A DNA stretch of 60,709 nucleotides, filler included, from Basidiobolus ranarum (taxonomy: Eukaryota): the NCBI GenBank assembly GCA_040143965.1. It is 17 parts of 17 records of this genome, joined end to end, with 100 filler letters (N's around TTAATTAATTAA, not from the genome) between each part and the next. Parts side by side here need not be neighbours in the genome. Positions count along the whole stretch, not along the records: positions 21,517 to 24,995 come from JASJQH010002463.1; positions 25,096 to 28,573 come from JASJQH010002464.1; positions 28,674 to 32,150 come from JASJQH010002465.1; positions 32,251 to 35,727 come from JASJQH010002466.1; positions 35,828 to 39,302 come from JASJQH010002467.1; 12 more parts are not named here. One strand, written 5' to 3'. How positions within the stretch are numbered: the first letter of the stretch is position 1; the number at the start of each line of letters is the position of its first letter. A program made the translations under genes and the position numbers. Shown piece after piece: positions 24,191-37,440 of the stretch. Below the pieces are notes generated by a model. The model saw only the letters and a list, made by a program, of their open reading frames with translations. It was not told the origin of the DNA and made no database searches.

Positions 24191-25095
24191 ATATTCACAG
24201 CAGGCAGACTTCAAAAATTTCATGTAGCCTTGTTAGCATTTAAATGGTCATTTCTGAAAAAATATAATGTAGACTACATTGTTGGTTTCCATACCAGTAA
24301 TGATGAGACATACTGCTGAATGCATTTTAACTGAAGAACTTTTTTGCATAAATATCTTACAATAGCATGCAAATATTATCTTCTTTTGACTTGAGCTCTT
24401 TAACTGATATTCATTCCATATCCGCCCTAAGTCATCAAAGAATGTGGCATTTACTGAACCGGTAAAGAATCTACTGGAGAAATATTTCTTAAGAAGAGTC
24501 CATACAAAAATAATCCCAAAAATCTGTCGAAACAAAATAGAGGATGAAAAAGATATTAAGCAGTGGAGAATCTATTTAATGCAGCAGTGTATATCGTGGA
24601 CTTTTTTTGAACTTAACATCAACACTTTTATGCATGCAATTAACATTTTAATGAATAAATATTTCTTCTAATTCAAATACAAGATTACGCCAATCCAATT
24701 TTCTCTTACCATAATCATGAGAAGTTCTGTAAAAATACTGTCAAACAATTCATTCACCCAGTATCAGTGACACTGAATATCTTGAACATATATGCTAAAC
24801 ATGTATAGATCGAAATTATGTTAAGGCTACTTACTTTAGTTATTGAATTTATTCTCAAAAGTGCGTTATTTTACATTAGTGCTTTAGATGTTCAAAATAA
24901 TGAGAGGGTTATCCTCGATATACATTGTTAATCAGATTAGCATACAATAATACTGACAATTCCACACAGAGCATCATTTCATCCCAGGTGCACTCNNNNN
25001 NNNNNNNNNNNNNNNNNNNNNNNNNNNNNNNNNNNNNNNTTAATTAATTAANNNNNNNNNNNNNNNNNNNNNNNNNNNNNNNNNNNNNNNNNNNN

Positions 25096-26145
25096 GGCAT
25101 GCTTTGTTTCGAAGTGAGTCTCTTTCACCGACCCTGAGCCAACATCAGTAGTGAGCAACTGGCTTGTGGTCTCAAAAATAATAGAAGGTGGCTCGGTGTA
25201 CGTCTGGTAGTTGATGTGTGTGTTGTAAACAGTAACAGTATCTGGTATGCTTTCTGTCGTAGGTACCTTGTTTGCTGGCTTTTTGGTTACCACAACTGTT
25301 GGAGTTACAGTCGTAGGTTGTAGAGTCTTCTTCTTGGTTACCCTTTTCATGGTGTCCTTTGTATCCAAAGCTGTTTGGATGACTAGCGTTGGTGACTTTG
25401 ATTCCTTCTTGGTCAAAGTATGATGTTTGGTAACTTTTTTGGTAAGCGTATGTGGTTCCGCTTCTGATTTTGGAGCAACGGTGGTAGTTTGCTTAACCAC
25501 ATCCACATCTGTCACCAATTCTTTCTTGATTACAGTAGCATGCGTTGTCTCGAAGTGAGTTTCTTTCACCGACTCTGAGCCAACATTAGTAGTGAGCAAC
25601 TGACTTGTGGTCTCAACGATAATAGAAGGCGGCTCGGTATAGGTCTGGTAGTTAGTATATGTACTGTAAACTGAAACTGTATCGGGTAGGGTGCCTATCG
25701 CAGGATCTTCATTTTCTTTCTGTATCTTTGAAACTACGGGTATGCTGATACTTGGCTTTGTTTGAAGCGAGGAACCCAGTAAGCTTACCGTTTTTTCAGT
25801 ACTTTTTACTTGCTCTGACTTCGTTTTATGAGCAGTTTCCATACTAGGATCGGATGTCATGGTGTTGACGTTAGTTAATTTGCTTGCCTTTGCAGTTGAA
25901 CTAGCTTTCTGGAGGGACACCAATCCGTCTGTGGTAAAACTACGAAGGTGGGCCTCTGTAGTTGCCGATAACAGTGAAGAATGAGTAGAAACTGGTATGT
26001 TAGACTGAGCCGATTGTGAGTTCCAGGCTTCTACTCTTTTTGATGAAGACTGGACTCCATTGTCAAGGGCCGGGCTACTTTGTTGCAATGCAGAGATAGC
26101 ATTTGCAAACGCTATGGTAGCGGAAAGTCCATGAGTAAACCGCAT
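25096..26145 (-). CDS. Secreted Ser/Thr/Lys-rich mucin- or adhesin-like protein with an internal ~50-aa repeat, 5' part
   Basis: Signal peptide MRFTHGLSATIAFANAISA, S/T-rich body, and PDTVxVYxTxxNYQTYTEPPSIIxETTSQLLTTxVGSxSVKETHFETxHA present twice. Confidence 0.8.
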
Positions 26146-28079
26146 ACTTGACCTGAGGAAATTATGTCAGGCTGACTCTATAAATTAGACTCCAATTTGA
26201 TGTGACCGCTCTTTATGGTATGGGGGATTATCATTGTTCTAGAATTATCAAAAAAAACCTCGTATCGTTCCCGGACTCTGGTGAGCAGGCAATTGTCTAG
26301 ATATGCAAGAAAATATTGATTTTCTGGTTTGCTCAAAGAGGGAATATCCAATCGGTTCTAGTTGCCATACATATACCGTATCAGAATGGGTTATCATTCA
26401 GTGGAAACTTCTTTTCATCACCAATTTCCTAGTGCAGCTTGGTAGCAATTAACACCAAAAATGTCACCCATGATTGAATTTGCCATGCTATACGTGGCTG
26501 ATAGATATGGATCATCTCCACATTCAAGTCCCAAACTATTAGCAGAAATTCTTAAGTAGAAAGCCTCTTTTATCTACACCGAATATAGAGTTAGCAATCA
26601 CACGGTTTTAAAGTTTGTTGACCTATGCAATGATCGGTCTCCAGTACCAAATTGGTGGGTAATATTTTTAGAATTCGGTTACTCTATTGGTGACAAAGCA
26701 AAGATTGGTGTTTCATTTCTCTGTGGTCTTATTCCGCTCTAATTGTGGAAAGGAATAGGCTCGCAGGCACGACATATAATGTGACTCTGGGTAACTGGCT
26801 TCATTACAAATGCGCGACAGTAGTAAGTTTTCTCGGGTTTACGCCCAGGACAATGCGATATATGTCTTTGGTTCGGACTCTAAGACCCCTTTTGTCATAC
26901 ATGCAACGTTATCTACCCCTTTAACCGGGACATTGACCCAGTGATTATGATTTTTGAATATATCAATGTTCGACAACCAACCTCGGTAATACCATTTCCC
27001 GAAAGACATGTGTGGAATCCGCTGAGTTGGGGCTTCGTGCACTATCATTTCGCGGCAGCTATACCGCATCGGATAGGTATACCATTGGTAGAATTTCAAG
27101 AGTTGCCGTGGCTAGCTGAAGCCGAGTGTTTACTGATTCCAAGATTACTAGATGGCAATCCAACTATCGCTATCACTATACGGAGTCATTCTCAACAACC
27201 GATGTGGATTCTCAGTGTCTGATTACTGGGTTCGTGCGTACCCGGTATCGTGGTCACCCACACGTGATATTGATTCCAATATATACAGCGATTATTTCTT
27301 AAACAAGTTAGAAGCCATTCCTAGGTACAGTTCTCTCGTATTTGCACCCTTATTATTATTGATAAGCCTTGAAATGACAGCTCTGGCTTAGTATATAGGA
27401 GGAAGGGTATCATTTGTATATTTGGCAATCTCCTCATTCATTGGTGAAGAGCCTTAGAGTGGGTCTCTAGATCGCTTGCTCTGTCCATAATTGGTAAGAG
27501 TTTATGACCAATATAGCCTTTTTGGATCGTTCTTTGCACCTACTAATTGTGGTGTGTGGTTTGCGATTATCCAAATCAATCTTTTCCTCAGCTGACAACT
27601 GGATTCCTCCAACCACAGGTCTATTTGGCATGTTGCCTCCGATGGATGGTTCCGTACAGTGTGCTGATTTTCCTACCTTAGCTGACATACCAAGTACGAT
27701 TGCTCAATAACTACATACAATACGTGATTGAGTTTTCGGGATATTTGTTTACGCATTTCTGGTTTTTAATTTAATCTTTAGTTAATCGCGTAATTGTTGG
27801 ATATGGTACGAGCTACCCAGGTGGAATGCAAGTTGATGAGTTTGGAAGAAAGTATGGATTTCGCCTGTTGGTGTATGCGGCTGAAATTATTGAAAATAAC
27901 TAGTATCACTTTAACTATTTCCCATTAGGTTAATATCATAGAACTTCTGTAATATTTTTCAATCTGTTCAACAAACTCCAAGCTTTTCACATATTGCTTT
28001 ATGACCCTCCAGAGTACATTTCTTTACATGGCCATACAAAGTTGAATAAAAATATCCGGAATCCACTTATGCTCAATGT

Positions 28080-28573
28080 CGTTGAAATTACCATTGTCTA
28101 AACACCTATATAGTCATATATAGCTTAGTACTTAGTTATCTTATATTTCACTAAGTTATTATCCATTATACTCAATCGGAATTTACTTTGAATATTTTTA
28201 CCAACTTAGAAGTTCTCAGATATATAGATTTTTCAAACGTGTGCTAGAAGCCCAAAACTTTACACACATATTCCTGGGACCTTCCTTAACATATTATACA
28301 TGTTAGTTTGTTTACATTGTGACAAAACTATAAATGTCAACTTTCTAATCAATAAATCAACAAGCAAAAACCACCAATTTCTCCAAATCTCCAAACTACT
28401 TCCAACAGGCTCCCAAATACTTTAACAGGTTATGAGCCCCAAGCTTGCACTCTCTGTAATGTCTACTTCTCAAAATTATGGAACTTTTCCTTCTTCTGAA
28501 AAATTGGATGGAACCAATTATCAAGTTTGGAAAATTAAGATGAAAATGCTGCTGCAAGAAAAAGAACTTTGGG
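28080..28573 (+). mobile_element. Ty1/copia family A 5' end: LTR (28080-28427), PBS GGTTATGAGCCC (28428-28439), gag start
   Basis: The LTR ends TTTAACA and is followed by the PBS. The ORF EKLDGTNYQVWKIKMKMLLQEKELW is a typical copia gag N-terminus. Confidence 0.9.
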
Positions 28574-28673
28574 NNNNNNNNNNNNNNNNNNNNNNNNNNN
28601 NNNNNNNNNNNNNNNNNTTAATTAATTAANNNNNNNNNNNNNNNNNNNNNNNNNNNNNNNNNNNNNNNNNNNN

Positions 28674-30291
28674 AAGATGGAGGATTTTTGCGTGTTCCTA
28701 ATTTCGATAGTGCACCATTGAATCCTCAAAGACGAATGTTAATTCCGGTTGAAGAGGACGGTACACCAATCGACCATGCCGATATCGCTTTGCTCAATGA
28801 CTCCAACACAAACATCGTGTACGCTCCACCTAATTTCAATTACAGAGTAAGTGGCTTTTTTCAATGGGAAGCAACAAACGAAAGCTAACATCTTCAATTC
28901 AGCTTATTTTGTTTTTGTTTTTGATGTGGCTTTCTGGGTCGATATTTGGATGTTCTCTGCTTATCACACCTCGTAAATAATCTTACTATACATATACAAT
29001 GGAGACAACTATTAACCCCCACTATTCCCATCAGTATTGGTTGGAAGATTTATCCTAGGGAAACTTATGCATAATTTCTCCATCATCCATGATGGCTATT
29101 CGTTCTTCGCCGGGCTCTACTTTATATGGGGCTGCTTACTGGCCTTAGAATGGACTCTTCGTAAGGTTGTAGCTTACTACAACTGGAATGGAGACTTTGG
29201 TGTTTTCAAACGCACGTGCAAAGATTATGTCATCACTGTAAGTTTTATTTAAAAATATGTGATCCGAATCCTTCTAATAGCGAAACTGGAATTGTAGTTC
29301 TTCAAGTTGGTATATGTTTTCGTCACTCTTGGAGTGATTATCCCTTGCCTTATGTCGTTAGCTGTGCAACTTTACGTTGTGTACCCGTTGCTCAGACGTC
29401 AACCTTCTCGTATTCCAGTCTTTCTTCTTCAGGTTTGAGTTATATACGTATGTATTTACAAGTTTGCAGAGCACTGTTTGTGTTAACATCTTATTCAAAA
29501 TAGAATTGGGCCATAGGAGTTATCTATGCCAAGATTGCATATCAACTTGTCTTCATTTTGCCAGAGAATAGATGGAGTAGAGCCATTAATCAAGTACCTA
29601 ACTAGATATTCCTACAATGTCAAAATCCATATTTCTAAAACAAGATCAACTCTGAAATTTAGATCACGCAAGGAAGAGGACTTCGTAATCCCGATATAAA
29701 GGCCATTACTAGATCACTTATCCTCCCCATTGGTGGTACCGCACTAATTGCTGTCTTAGCTCCCGCATTCTTTGCTTACGCTACTGAGAGATACCAAGGT
29801 AAACTAACCTGATTATCCGATTCTGTTGACAAATATTAATTTCAATGCTAGGTTCTACGGAGGTATTGGCTAACTCCGATACATACCGCCTCGCTTATCC
29901 TCTTACCCTTGTTATTGTTACATGTTACTTCGTCCAGAAGAAATCCATTTCCTTATATCATCAGTGGATGGGATCTATTCGTGATGAGGAATATGTGATT
30001 GGTCGTAAATTAGAGAATTTCCAACGAGTCAGTAAAATAGATTCCATCAGTAATCATGAGCCCGAGGTTTCCACTGTAGCTAAAGAGGATCAGGATAACG
30101 AATCTGACGAGTCTGATGAATACGATGAGTCGGAACCTTTACTAGGTAACTCTGAAGCTAATTTTGATCCTAGCGGTCAGTCTACATCGGCTGGCCCCAG
30201 TGATTTTGCTCAAGCCCATGCTTCGGAGTCAAGCCCTGTTCAAAGCCATGGTCAATCTACAACGGAGCCGGCCTTAGTGCAGGAAGATTAA
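28674..30291 (+). CDS. DOA10: ERAD E3 ubiquitin ligase Doa10/MARCH6, C-terminal part, multi-exon
   Basis: Motifs DGGFLRVPNFDS..RRMLIPVEEDGTP, VYAPPNFNYR, HDGYSFFAGLY, several TM exons and the C-terminal element IRDEEYVIGRKLENF. Confidence 0.85.
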
Positions 30292-30785
30292 GAGTCTCCG
30301 TCCATTTTTCTTGTTTCTGTTTGCCACCCTTCTTTACCACTTTACAGAGTTTCGTGTACTTTAATGAAATCAATGATTTACGCTTGTATAACAGAATTCA
30401 TATTTCCCTTTTCTGACATTTCTCTTTGGCTCGTTCTATATATTTTTCATTATCTACAAATGTTACATTTCAGTAATGAAAATCTCAAGCATTTAGTTAA
30501 ATTAAAAAAGTACGAAAAAATACATCTTTCTTTCTTATTAACCATCACTTCTAATTCTCTTGTTTCACTTGTTATTGAGCTACTGTTCATACTTGCCACA
30601 AACCCTAGCCTTAACTCAATGGCAGTGTTATACTCAATTAATCATTAATTTTATGAAGCGTTATTGATTTAATATTTATCCAGAAAAGGAAATCGATGAA
30701 AGGTATTTTATTTCAGTATATATTGTAGATTTTGTTTCACACATACACATACACACAAACACCTACGGTCTCTATTTTCTAGACG

Positions 30786-32150
30786 ATGTCTTTAAAAGAG
30801 AAGTCCAATCTCATTACAAAGCAGCTATTAAGGTGAAACAAGCTTTTTAGTTTATAATAAACTTCTTTTTATATTTCTTGCGTCTTTCTTCTCCTCAAAT
30901 AGACATACTTAGCTCTTTATTAAGTGAAATTCTGAGGTACGAAGAGGACCTAAAAACCTCAGAGCTTCAGACACGACAGGCAAAGACTCGAGAAACTGCA
31001 GTAGCGGCTGCTGTTGATGCTGCCCATATACGTAGCAAGTATTTAAGCCTTTATTTTTGATATATATTTTGTATGAATTTGTGTTGATCATGAACCAGTT
31101 TGAAAGATCTATATGAAGAGATCATTTTATCAGATTTGAAATTCTCCAAGGAGAATGATATCGAAGAACGTCTATGGCATACGATTTTTCACGGTCCAAT
31201 CAAGATGTTAAGGATGCAGTTAGAGAAATTACAGGTACATACACCATATCTAAGCAAATTTGGAAAGATATACTTTGTTGAATAATTGTTTTAGTCTAAA
31301 GATAAAAATGCCGCTCAACGCTCTCGCGTTGAATTAAGTCGACTATTCGATCTGGGAACTGGTTTTTATCATACTTTACTGAACAGCGTTAAACTTCAAA
31401 CTGACATAAATGTGGATACTTTTGGCTTCGGTACTATCTCATGGAACGTGTAACATTATTTTTATTTTTTACTCAAAAGTGTGGTACATTATATCATTAG
31501 ACCTTTTGAAAATGAAAGAAGCAAAATATCCTAAGCATAAAGAAATTGGAGCTGCATGTATTCAACGCTGTTTGACGTATCTTGGAGACTTAGCTAGATA
31601 CAAGGAAATTTCTAATAACAAAGATGTTAGCGATTGGACTCTTTCTCGTGAATTTTATGCACAGGCAGTTCGCGTATATCCGGATAGTGGTAAAGACTTT
31701 GTAGCTAGTGTATTACCATAATTCTTCTACATTTAAACATGTATATTTTACTCCAAAAAGGTAAACCTCACGGTCAGCTTGCTCTACTTGCCACCTATTC
31801 TGGCAATCACATGGAAGCTGTGTATTGGAACTGTCTTAGGTACGTTCTCCGTCGGTTGCCATTGATATTAATGAAATCGTTTGGAATTCTTACACTTTCA
31901 AAATAGCCTTGTTACAAAGTACCCTTCTACTATAGCCAAAAATAACCTTCAAACGCTGTATTCAAACATCTCGAAATCCACTGCAGCAAACCAAACGAAC
32001 GAGTACGTGATGAATTCGATTATGTTGTATTATCATTATGCTTGCTAACTTCAATTGACGTGTGCATATAATCAGCGAGTTTAATCGATTTGTCAGATTG
32101 TTCCTGAAGCTGCAATCGAGACTTCTCTTGTGTAATTCCAGGTATGATTA
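30786..32150 (+). CDS. EST1/SMG5-6-7 family (14-3-3-like TPR domain) protein, 5' part
   Basis: Motifs IEERLWHTIFHGPI, GTGFYHTLL, CLTYLGDLARYKE and FYAQAVRVYPDSG|KPHGQLALLA across GT-AG introns. Confidence 0.88.
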
Positions 32151-32250
32151 NNNNNNNNNNNNNNNNNNNNNNNNNNNNNNNNNNNNNNNNNNNNTTAATT
32201 AATTAANNNNNNNNNNNNNNNNNNNNNNNNNNNNNNNNNNNNNNNNNNNN

Positions 32251-33130
32251 CAGAAAACTAACACTGGGGTTGTGTTCAGAACATCTGTGGGAGTAAAATG
32301 AGCTATTTGTGGGGCAATTTGGACAAGTTTGAAATTTCCAATATGGAATTGCTAATTCTCAAATTATTCACATATATATTTAATATATGTTCCGGTTTTT
32401 AGTTAAGTGATATTTGACTAAGTAATGATAAATCTCTTATATGTGATATATGAAGTAGTTAGGTGTATAAAGATAGAGATAACAAATATGATAAAGATAA
32501 TAAACTTCAACACTCCCACTCAACTAAATATTCCTATATCTTAATCCTAACTTTAATCTTGATACTTCAAAACTTGGCTTGAGTAATGGTTTGGTAAGGA
32601 TGCTAGCAATCATGTCCTCAGTTGGACAGTACTCCAGTTGGATGTGCTTATTCTCAATAGCTTCCCTAACGAAGTGATGTTGAATGTCAATGTGCTTACT
32701 TCTAGCATGAAATTTGGGATTTTTAGCTAAAGAAGTACAATGTTGATTACCTTTGAAAATTATGGTGGGTAAACTTTGAAAAATGCCCAAGTCTTTGAAT
32801 AGTTTTGTTAAACACATAGCCTCCTTTGTTGTATGTGATTCTGCCATGTACTCTGCTTCAGTTGTTGAAAGTACTATGGTGGGCTGTTTACTGCTATTCC
32901 AAGATATGGCTGCTTCACTATAGAGAAAGGTATATCCAGTGATAGATCTTCTGTCCTCAATATCACGTCCCCAATCTGCATCACTAAACCTAATTAGATC
33001 CTTATTCTCATAAGAATATATGTATCTTAATCCCAGATCAATTGTCCCCTTCAAATATCTGAAAATCTGCTTAACTGCTGCATAATGCTCAGATCCTGGG
33101 CTTTACATATGTTGGCTGACTACTACTACA
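32251..33130 (-). mobile_element. Ty1/copia 3' end: RT/RNase H (32524-33130), polypurine tract TTGAGTGGGAG, 3' LTR of family C (32251-32512)
   Basis: Motifs FSDADWG..DRRSITGY, SKQPTIVLSTTEAEY and RSKHIDIQHHFVRE. The PPT abuts TGTTGAAG, and the LTR matches 35993-36356. Confidence 0.92.
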
Positions 33131-33134
33131 TACA

Positions 33135-34070
33135 TTTTTGAGAGGCTTCATGAATAGGCCTATACTAGCACAATTGCAATTTGCTTGCAAAAACCCATTA
33201 TAAGTCATATGTAATAAGTCAGGAACCTTCAGAGTAATGTCTTGTTTTTGTTTTTTCCACAATTGGCTCAAATCATGGTGATATTGGGCAAGATTCCACA
33301 TAGCTTCCAAAATGTTAAACCACTCATCATCAGAGCAAGTGATGGTAGCTCTGACATTTAGAGTTTTTTAGTTTGCTGGTTTTCCTATGAGATTTCTACT
33401 TTCATATGCCTAACCAATTTTGGGTTGTTGTGTAGGCTTAATGGTGAAACACATATTTTGCTCTGCTAGATTGTCATAGTGATGTTCATATATATGGTGA
33501 GATTGATTGAAATCCCATATCAGAATGATAGAGGGAGCAGCATGTTGCTGCAGCTCAAGTACAGCATTCTGAAGATCTTGTATCCTTGTTGAGTGACTCA
33601 CTAACTATTGACTAGTTGCTTCAGAACACTGCATGAATTGCAATATTGAGGCATTATTGCTTGTCATGGCCTGTATAGCAGCTTTGTAGTTTTTACTTAT
33701 GATTGCATACAAATTATTGGAGCATTCTGCATGAGATTCCCTGGTTATAATGACTCTGTACAATTTTCTATGGAGTTATGGTTAATGGTTGGCAAAGTAG
33801 ACTTTTTGGAAGTTGATGGTCTTGATGGTGTTTCTGCTGAACTTTGCTCAACTATTGATTTACTATGTAATTGGAGGATTGTAATCTCTTCACTTGCACT
33901 ATTGCTAGAAAGGAAAACATCTGGTAAGTTAATTAATGCATCATTGTTACCTGGGTTAGTTCCCAGCATGTTAATGCCTTCCAAAGTGGATATTGGATTG
34001 CTTTGCAGCTCATCAATTAAGTCCCCTGTTCTTGCTGGTTTCTTTCCTTTCCTGCTGCAGGCTTTACTTG
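33135..34070 (-). repeat. Dispersed ~0.9-kb repeat, also at ~55512-56450; carries a decayed ORF of unknown type
   Basis: The two regions align (e.g. CATGAATAGGCCTATACTAGC; TAGCAxCTTTGTAGTTTTTACTTxTGATTGCAxACAAAT). It abuts the copia RT at ~33130. Confidence 0.8.
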
Positions 34071-35827
34071 CAGCATTGGATGATTTCATGGAGCTCCAAA
34101 TATAAGCTATGCAACAGGCATTTTGAAAACAAGCAAGTCATTGTTGTTACATACTATATGCCTCACTAGTTGTAATAAATTTATCTTTGTGTGAGAGGGA
34201 AAAGGAATTGTGATCAGAGTATGATTTAAGCATCATATTTGCACCTACTGAGTAAGTAGCAATAACTCTTCATTTTGCTGAAAGTTGATAATTGCATTGA
34301 ATGGATTAGGCTTTTCATAGGGCGAAATGAATAGCACCTTCCAGGATATCTAAATAGAACCAAATTGGGTGAGTTACATGAATTTTGATGTAGTAGACAT
34401 AGCGCCATGATCTGGGACTAAGCTTTGCTTAATCGAAGAGATGATCTAGAATTGAGATCTGGATGGATTCTGCTAGTTTATATGGTAAGTGACCGGAGCC
34501 ATGGGAAATAGTACGCAATAAAGGGCTCAAAGCAATACTGGAATATTGGTTATCAAATAAGCGGTCAGGGTATATGAATTTTATGTGATTACAGTATCAA
34601 CTGAACCGTATTTAGTACACAACACTAATATTGACCCTGTGCACATTCATACTCACGCTCAAGCTCATACTCATACCCATATATATTGTTCCCTATCTTA
34701 TCTCCATGTTCGGGGAAATGACTCAGCCATTTAGAGTACATTTAGTGGCTATTGAGTTTTCACTTGTCTACTCACAGGTATTGGATGAATTCAAATTAAC
34801 TCCCCATTAACTGAGATAGATAGAATTCCTATCAAATCTGGATTAAAAGTTATTTTGGTTTAAAATTTAATAAAAAGTTGGCTTACTTTTACCGCTTCAC
34901 TTTTTACAGAGCCTAGATCGACATTCATGTAATGTAATGTTTAATAGTTGGCTATGAACCACGTACTCGATTCGTACCCAATGCGGAAGAATGTATCATT
35001 CATCAATATTATGACGTATGAAAGTCTCGCTGGATTAGAATAGTCTGGTGAATGTTTACTTAGCAGTCGAATATCCTTGGATGAGCTCGAGTGAACTGGT
35101 GATTGTTTACGAGAACTACGCCATTTAGTAATGCTTTTGCGTGGTAATATTACGCCTAGTTAACTTTATTAATTTAATTTCATAATAGTAAACATTTCGT
35201 CTCCACATTAATTAGCGCTAGAAAGGTGGAAGGGGGGATACGTGGTAACTGATTCATTCCCGCGTCTCGAGCATATCTATCTCCTTCAGAACATCGTTAA
35301 TTAATCCATCAATGTTGTCTACTCCGGGGTGTTTAGCATGTAGAAATGTAAATGATACGAAGAGAATATGGTACATGTAAAATGACAGTGTGCGGTTGTA
35401 AATCTCTAATACAGTCTTAATAGAAGTAGATGAATGCAAAATTAGGGGTGTAAAAGTGTTAAGTATTGCTCATTGAACAGTGTAGCAGAACATTATAATC
35501 CTCGGATGAATTTTCCTAGTCTTTCTTTTTCTTCCCTGGATGTATTTTTACTCTGATCTGGTAAATTGGGCGCTACATCATCAGCACCTGGTTCACTTAA
35601 AGCTTCTTGGAATCCAACAGTATGAAGGTTTGGCGCCCACTTCGCGTTATTCTTCATATTGTGTAGTTCGAGGGCTTCCGTTTTCTGGTTGGGATCAACG
35701 ACCTGATGATGAGTAGGCGCGTAGCAGNNNNNNNNNNNNNNNNNNNNNNNNNNNNNNNNNNNNNNNNNNNNTTAATTAATTAANNNNNNNNNNNNNNNNN
35801 NNNNNNNNNNNNNNNNNNNNNNNNNNN

Positions 35828-37440
35828 AAGAGATTTGGCCATGTTGGATTTGATTATTTGAGCAAAATTATCAAAAATAGCCTAATTTCTGGAATTCAAA
35901 TTGATCCCCCAACCAAAATGGAAATTTGTGAGGGTTGTATATATGGAAAACAAGCCAGGCAACCACTCAAGAGCTCAGGTTGAATCAAATATTGTTGAAG
36001 TTTATTGTCTTTATCATATCTTTATACACCTAAATATTTCATATATCACATATAAGTTAGTTGACATTACTTAGTCAAATATCACTTAGCTGAAAATTGG
36101 AACATATGTTATAATTATATGTGAATAATGTGAGAATTAGCAATTCCATATTGAAAATTTCAAACTTGTCCAAGTTGCCCCAAAGATAGCTCATTTTACT
36201 CCCACAGATGTTCTGAACACAACCCAGTGTTAGTTTTCTGTATTTCCATCAAAATGTATAAATGCTTTATTTCTGAATAATAAATAATTATCCCACAAAG
36301 CTATTCACAACTCCACTCTTCCAAAGTTCCTCCAAACAGCCCATATTTTCTGAATAAATATGTTAAAAATTGCATTTGATTCATTCAGATTTGTGTGGGC
36401 CTATGCAAAATTTATCTTTAGGCTAAAAAAAAATATTCATTCACATTTATTGATGATTATAAAGGAAACACTTAGGTCTACTCTATGGAAAGAAAAGAAG
36501 AAGCTCTCTCTATCTTTGGAATTTTTAAAACAATTGTGGAGACTGAAACTGGAACTTAAATCAAGAAAATGCATACTGATAATGGTGAAGAATAAATCTC
36601 AACACTATTTGTGCACTTTTACAAAGTTCATGGAAGTAAGCAAGAAGCCACTGCCCCCTATTCACCTCAATAAAAGGAGTTGCTGAAAGAGCTAACATGA
36701 CTATAATAGAAATGGCAAGATCTAAGACAAATGTACAAATTTATCTCATAACTGTTGGGTGGAATCTGTTGCAACAGCTGTATATCTGAAGAATAGGAGT
36801 TTCATAGAAGTCTGTCTAACTCTACACTATATCAAGCTTGATTTAGAGTTAAACCTGATGTAAAACATTTGAGGATCTTTGGGATGCATTGCTTATGTCA
36901 ATATTATGACCAAAAATCAGTCTAAATTTGATCCAAAAAGCAAGAAATGCATATTTCTAGGTTATTGTACCAAAACAAAGGCCTATAGACTCTACAATAC
37001 TAAAATTTCAAAGTTCATCAAGTCCAGGGATGTTTTGTTTAATGAAAATGAAATATTTTCACCAAAAATGCCCTCATTTGATGACAGAAATTGATTTTCT
37101 CCTGATCCAATCAATCAAATAGATTCAAACCAAAACACTGAAGAAGATAGTATTCCTGTGGACCCTTCAGCCAATAATCTGCCAACTGAAGAGCCCAATA
37201 CAATGCCAGAAGTTGTAGCACCTTTATCCCAAACCAAGAGATCAAATTGGATCAGCAATAGTCCTGATTTCTATGTCAAAGAGTCCCAAAATTGGGCCAA
37301 CACCTGCACAGCTCAAATACATGAACCCCCAACTGTAAAAGAGGCCCTGAATGGCCTTTATACAAAATTTTTGAGATCTGCAATGGCTGATGAATACCAG
37401 GCATTGATTGAGAATCAAACTTGGATTCTAACAAACTTAC
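35828..37440 (+). mobile_element. Decayed Ty1/copia pol (GAG-pre-integrase, integrase, linker, RT start)
   Basis: Motifs RFGH..CEGCIYGKQ, LIHSDLCGP, GVAERAN, IFG-CIAYV..KFDPKSKKCIFLGY and EPPTVKEAL..AMADEYQALIENQTWIL, with many frameshifts. Confidence 0.9.
35993..36356 (+). mobile_element. LTR family C solo LTR nested in the integrase
   Basis: Starts TGTTGAAG and is flanked by AATAT on both sides. The host sequence rejoins in register with the homologous copy near 52540-52560. Confidence 0.85.

Noticed and set aside
26760-27760. Overlapping short ORFs suggesting a membrane-protein pseudogene
   Set aside because: No recognisable motif and no consistent splice model.
35493-35727. Open frame on the minus strand running from the contig edge (..EKERLGKFIRGL*)
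   Set aside because: Possibly the 3' end of a gene, but too short and featureless to support a call.
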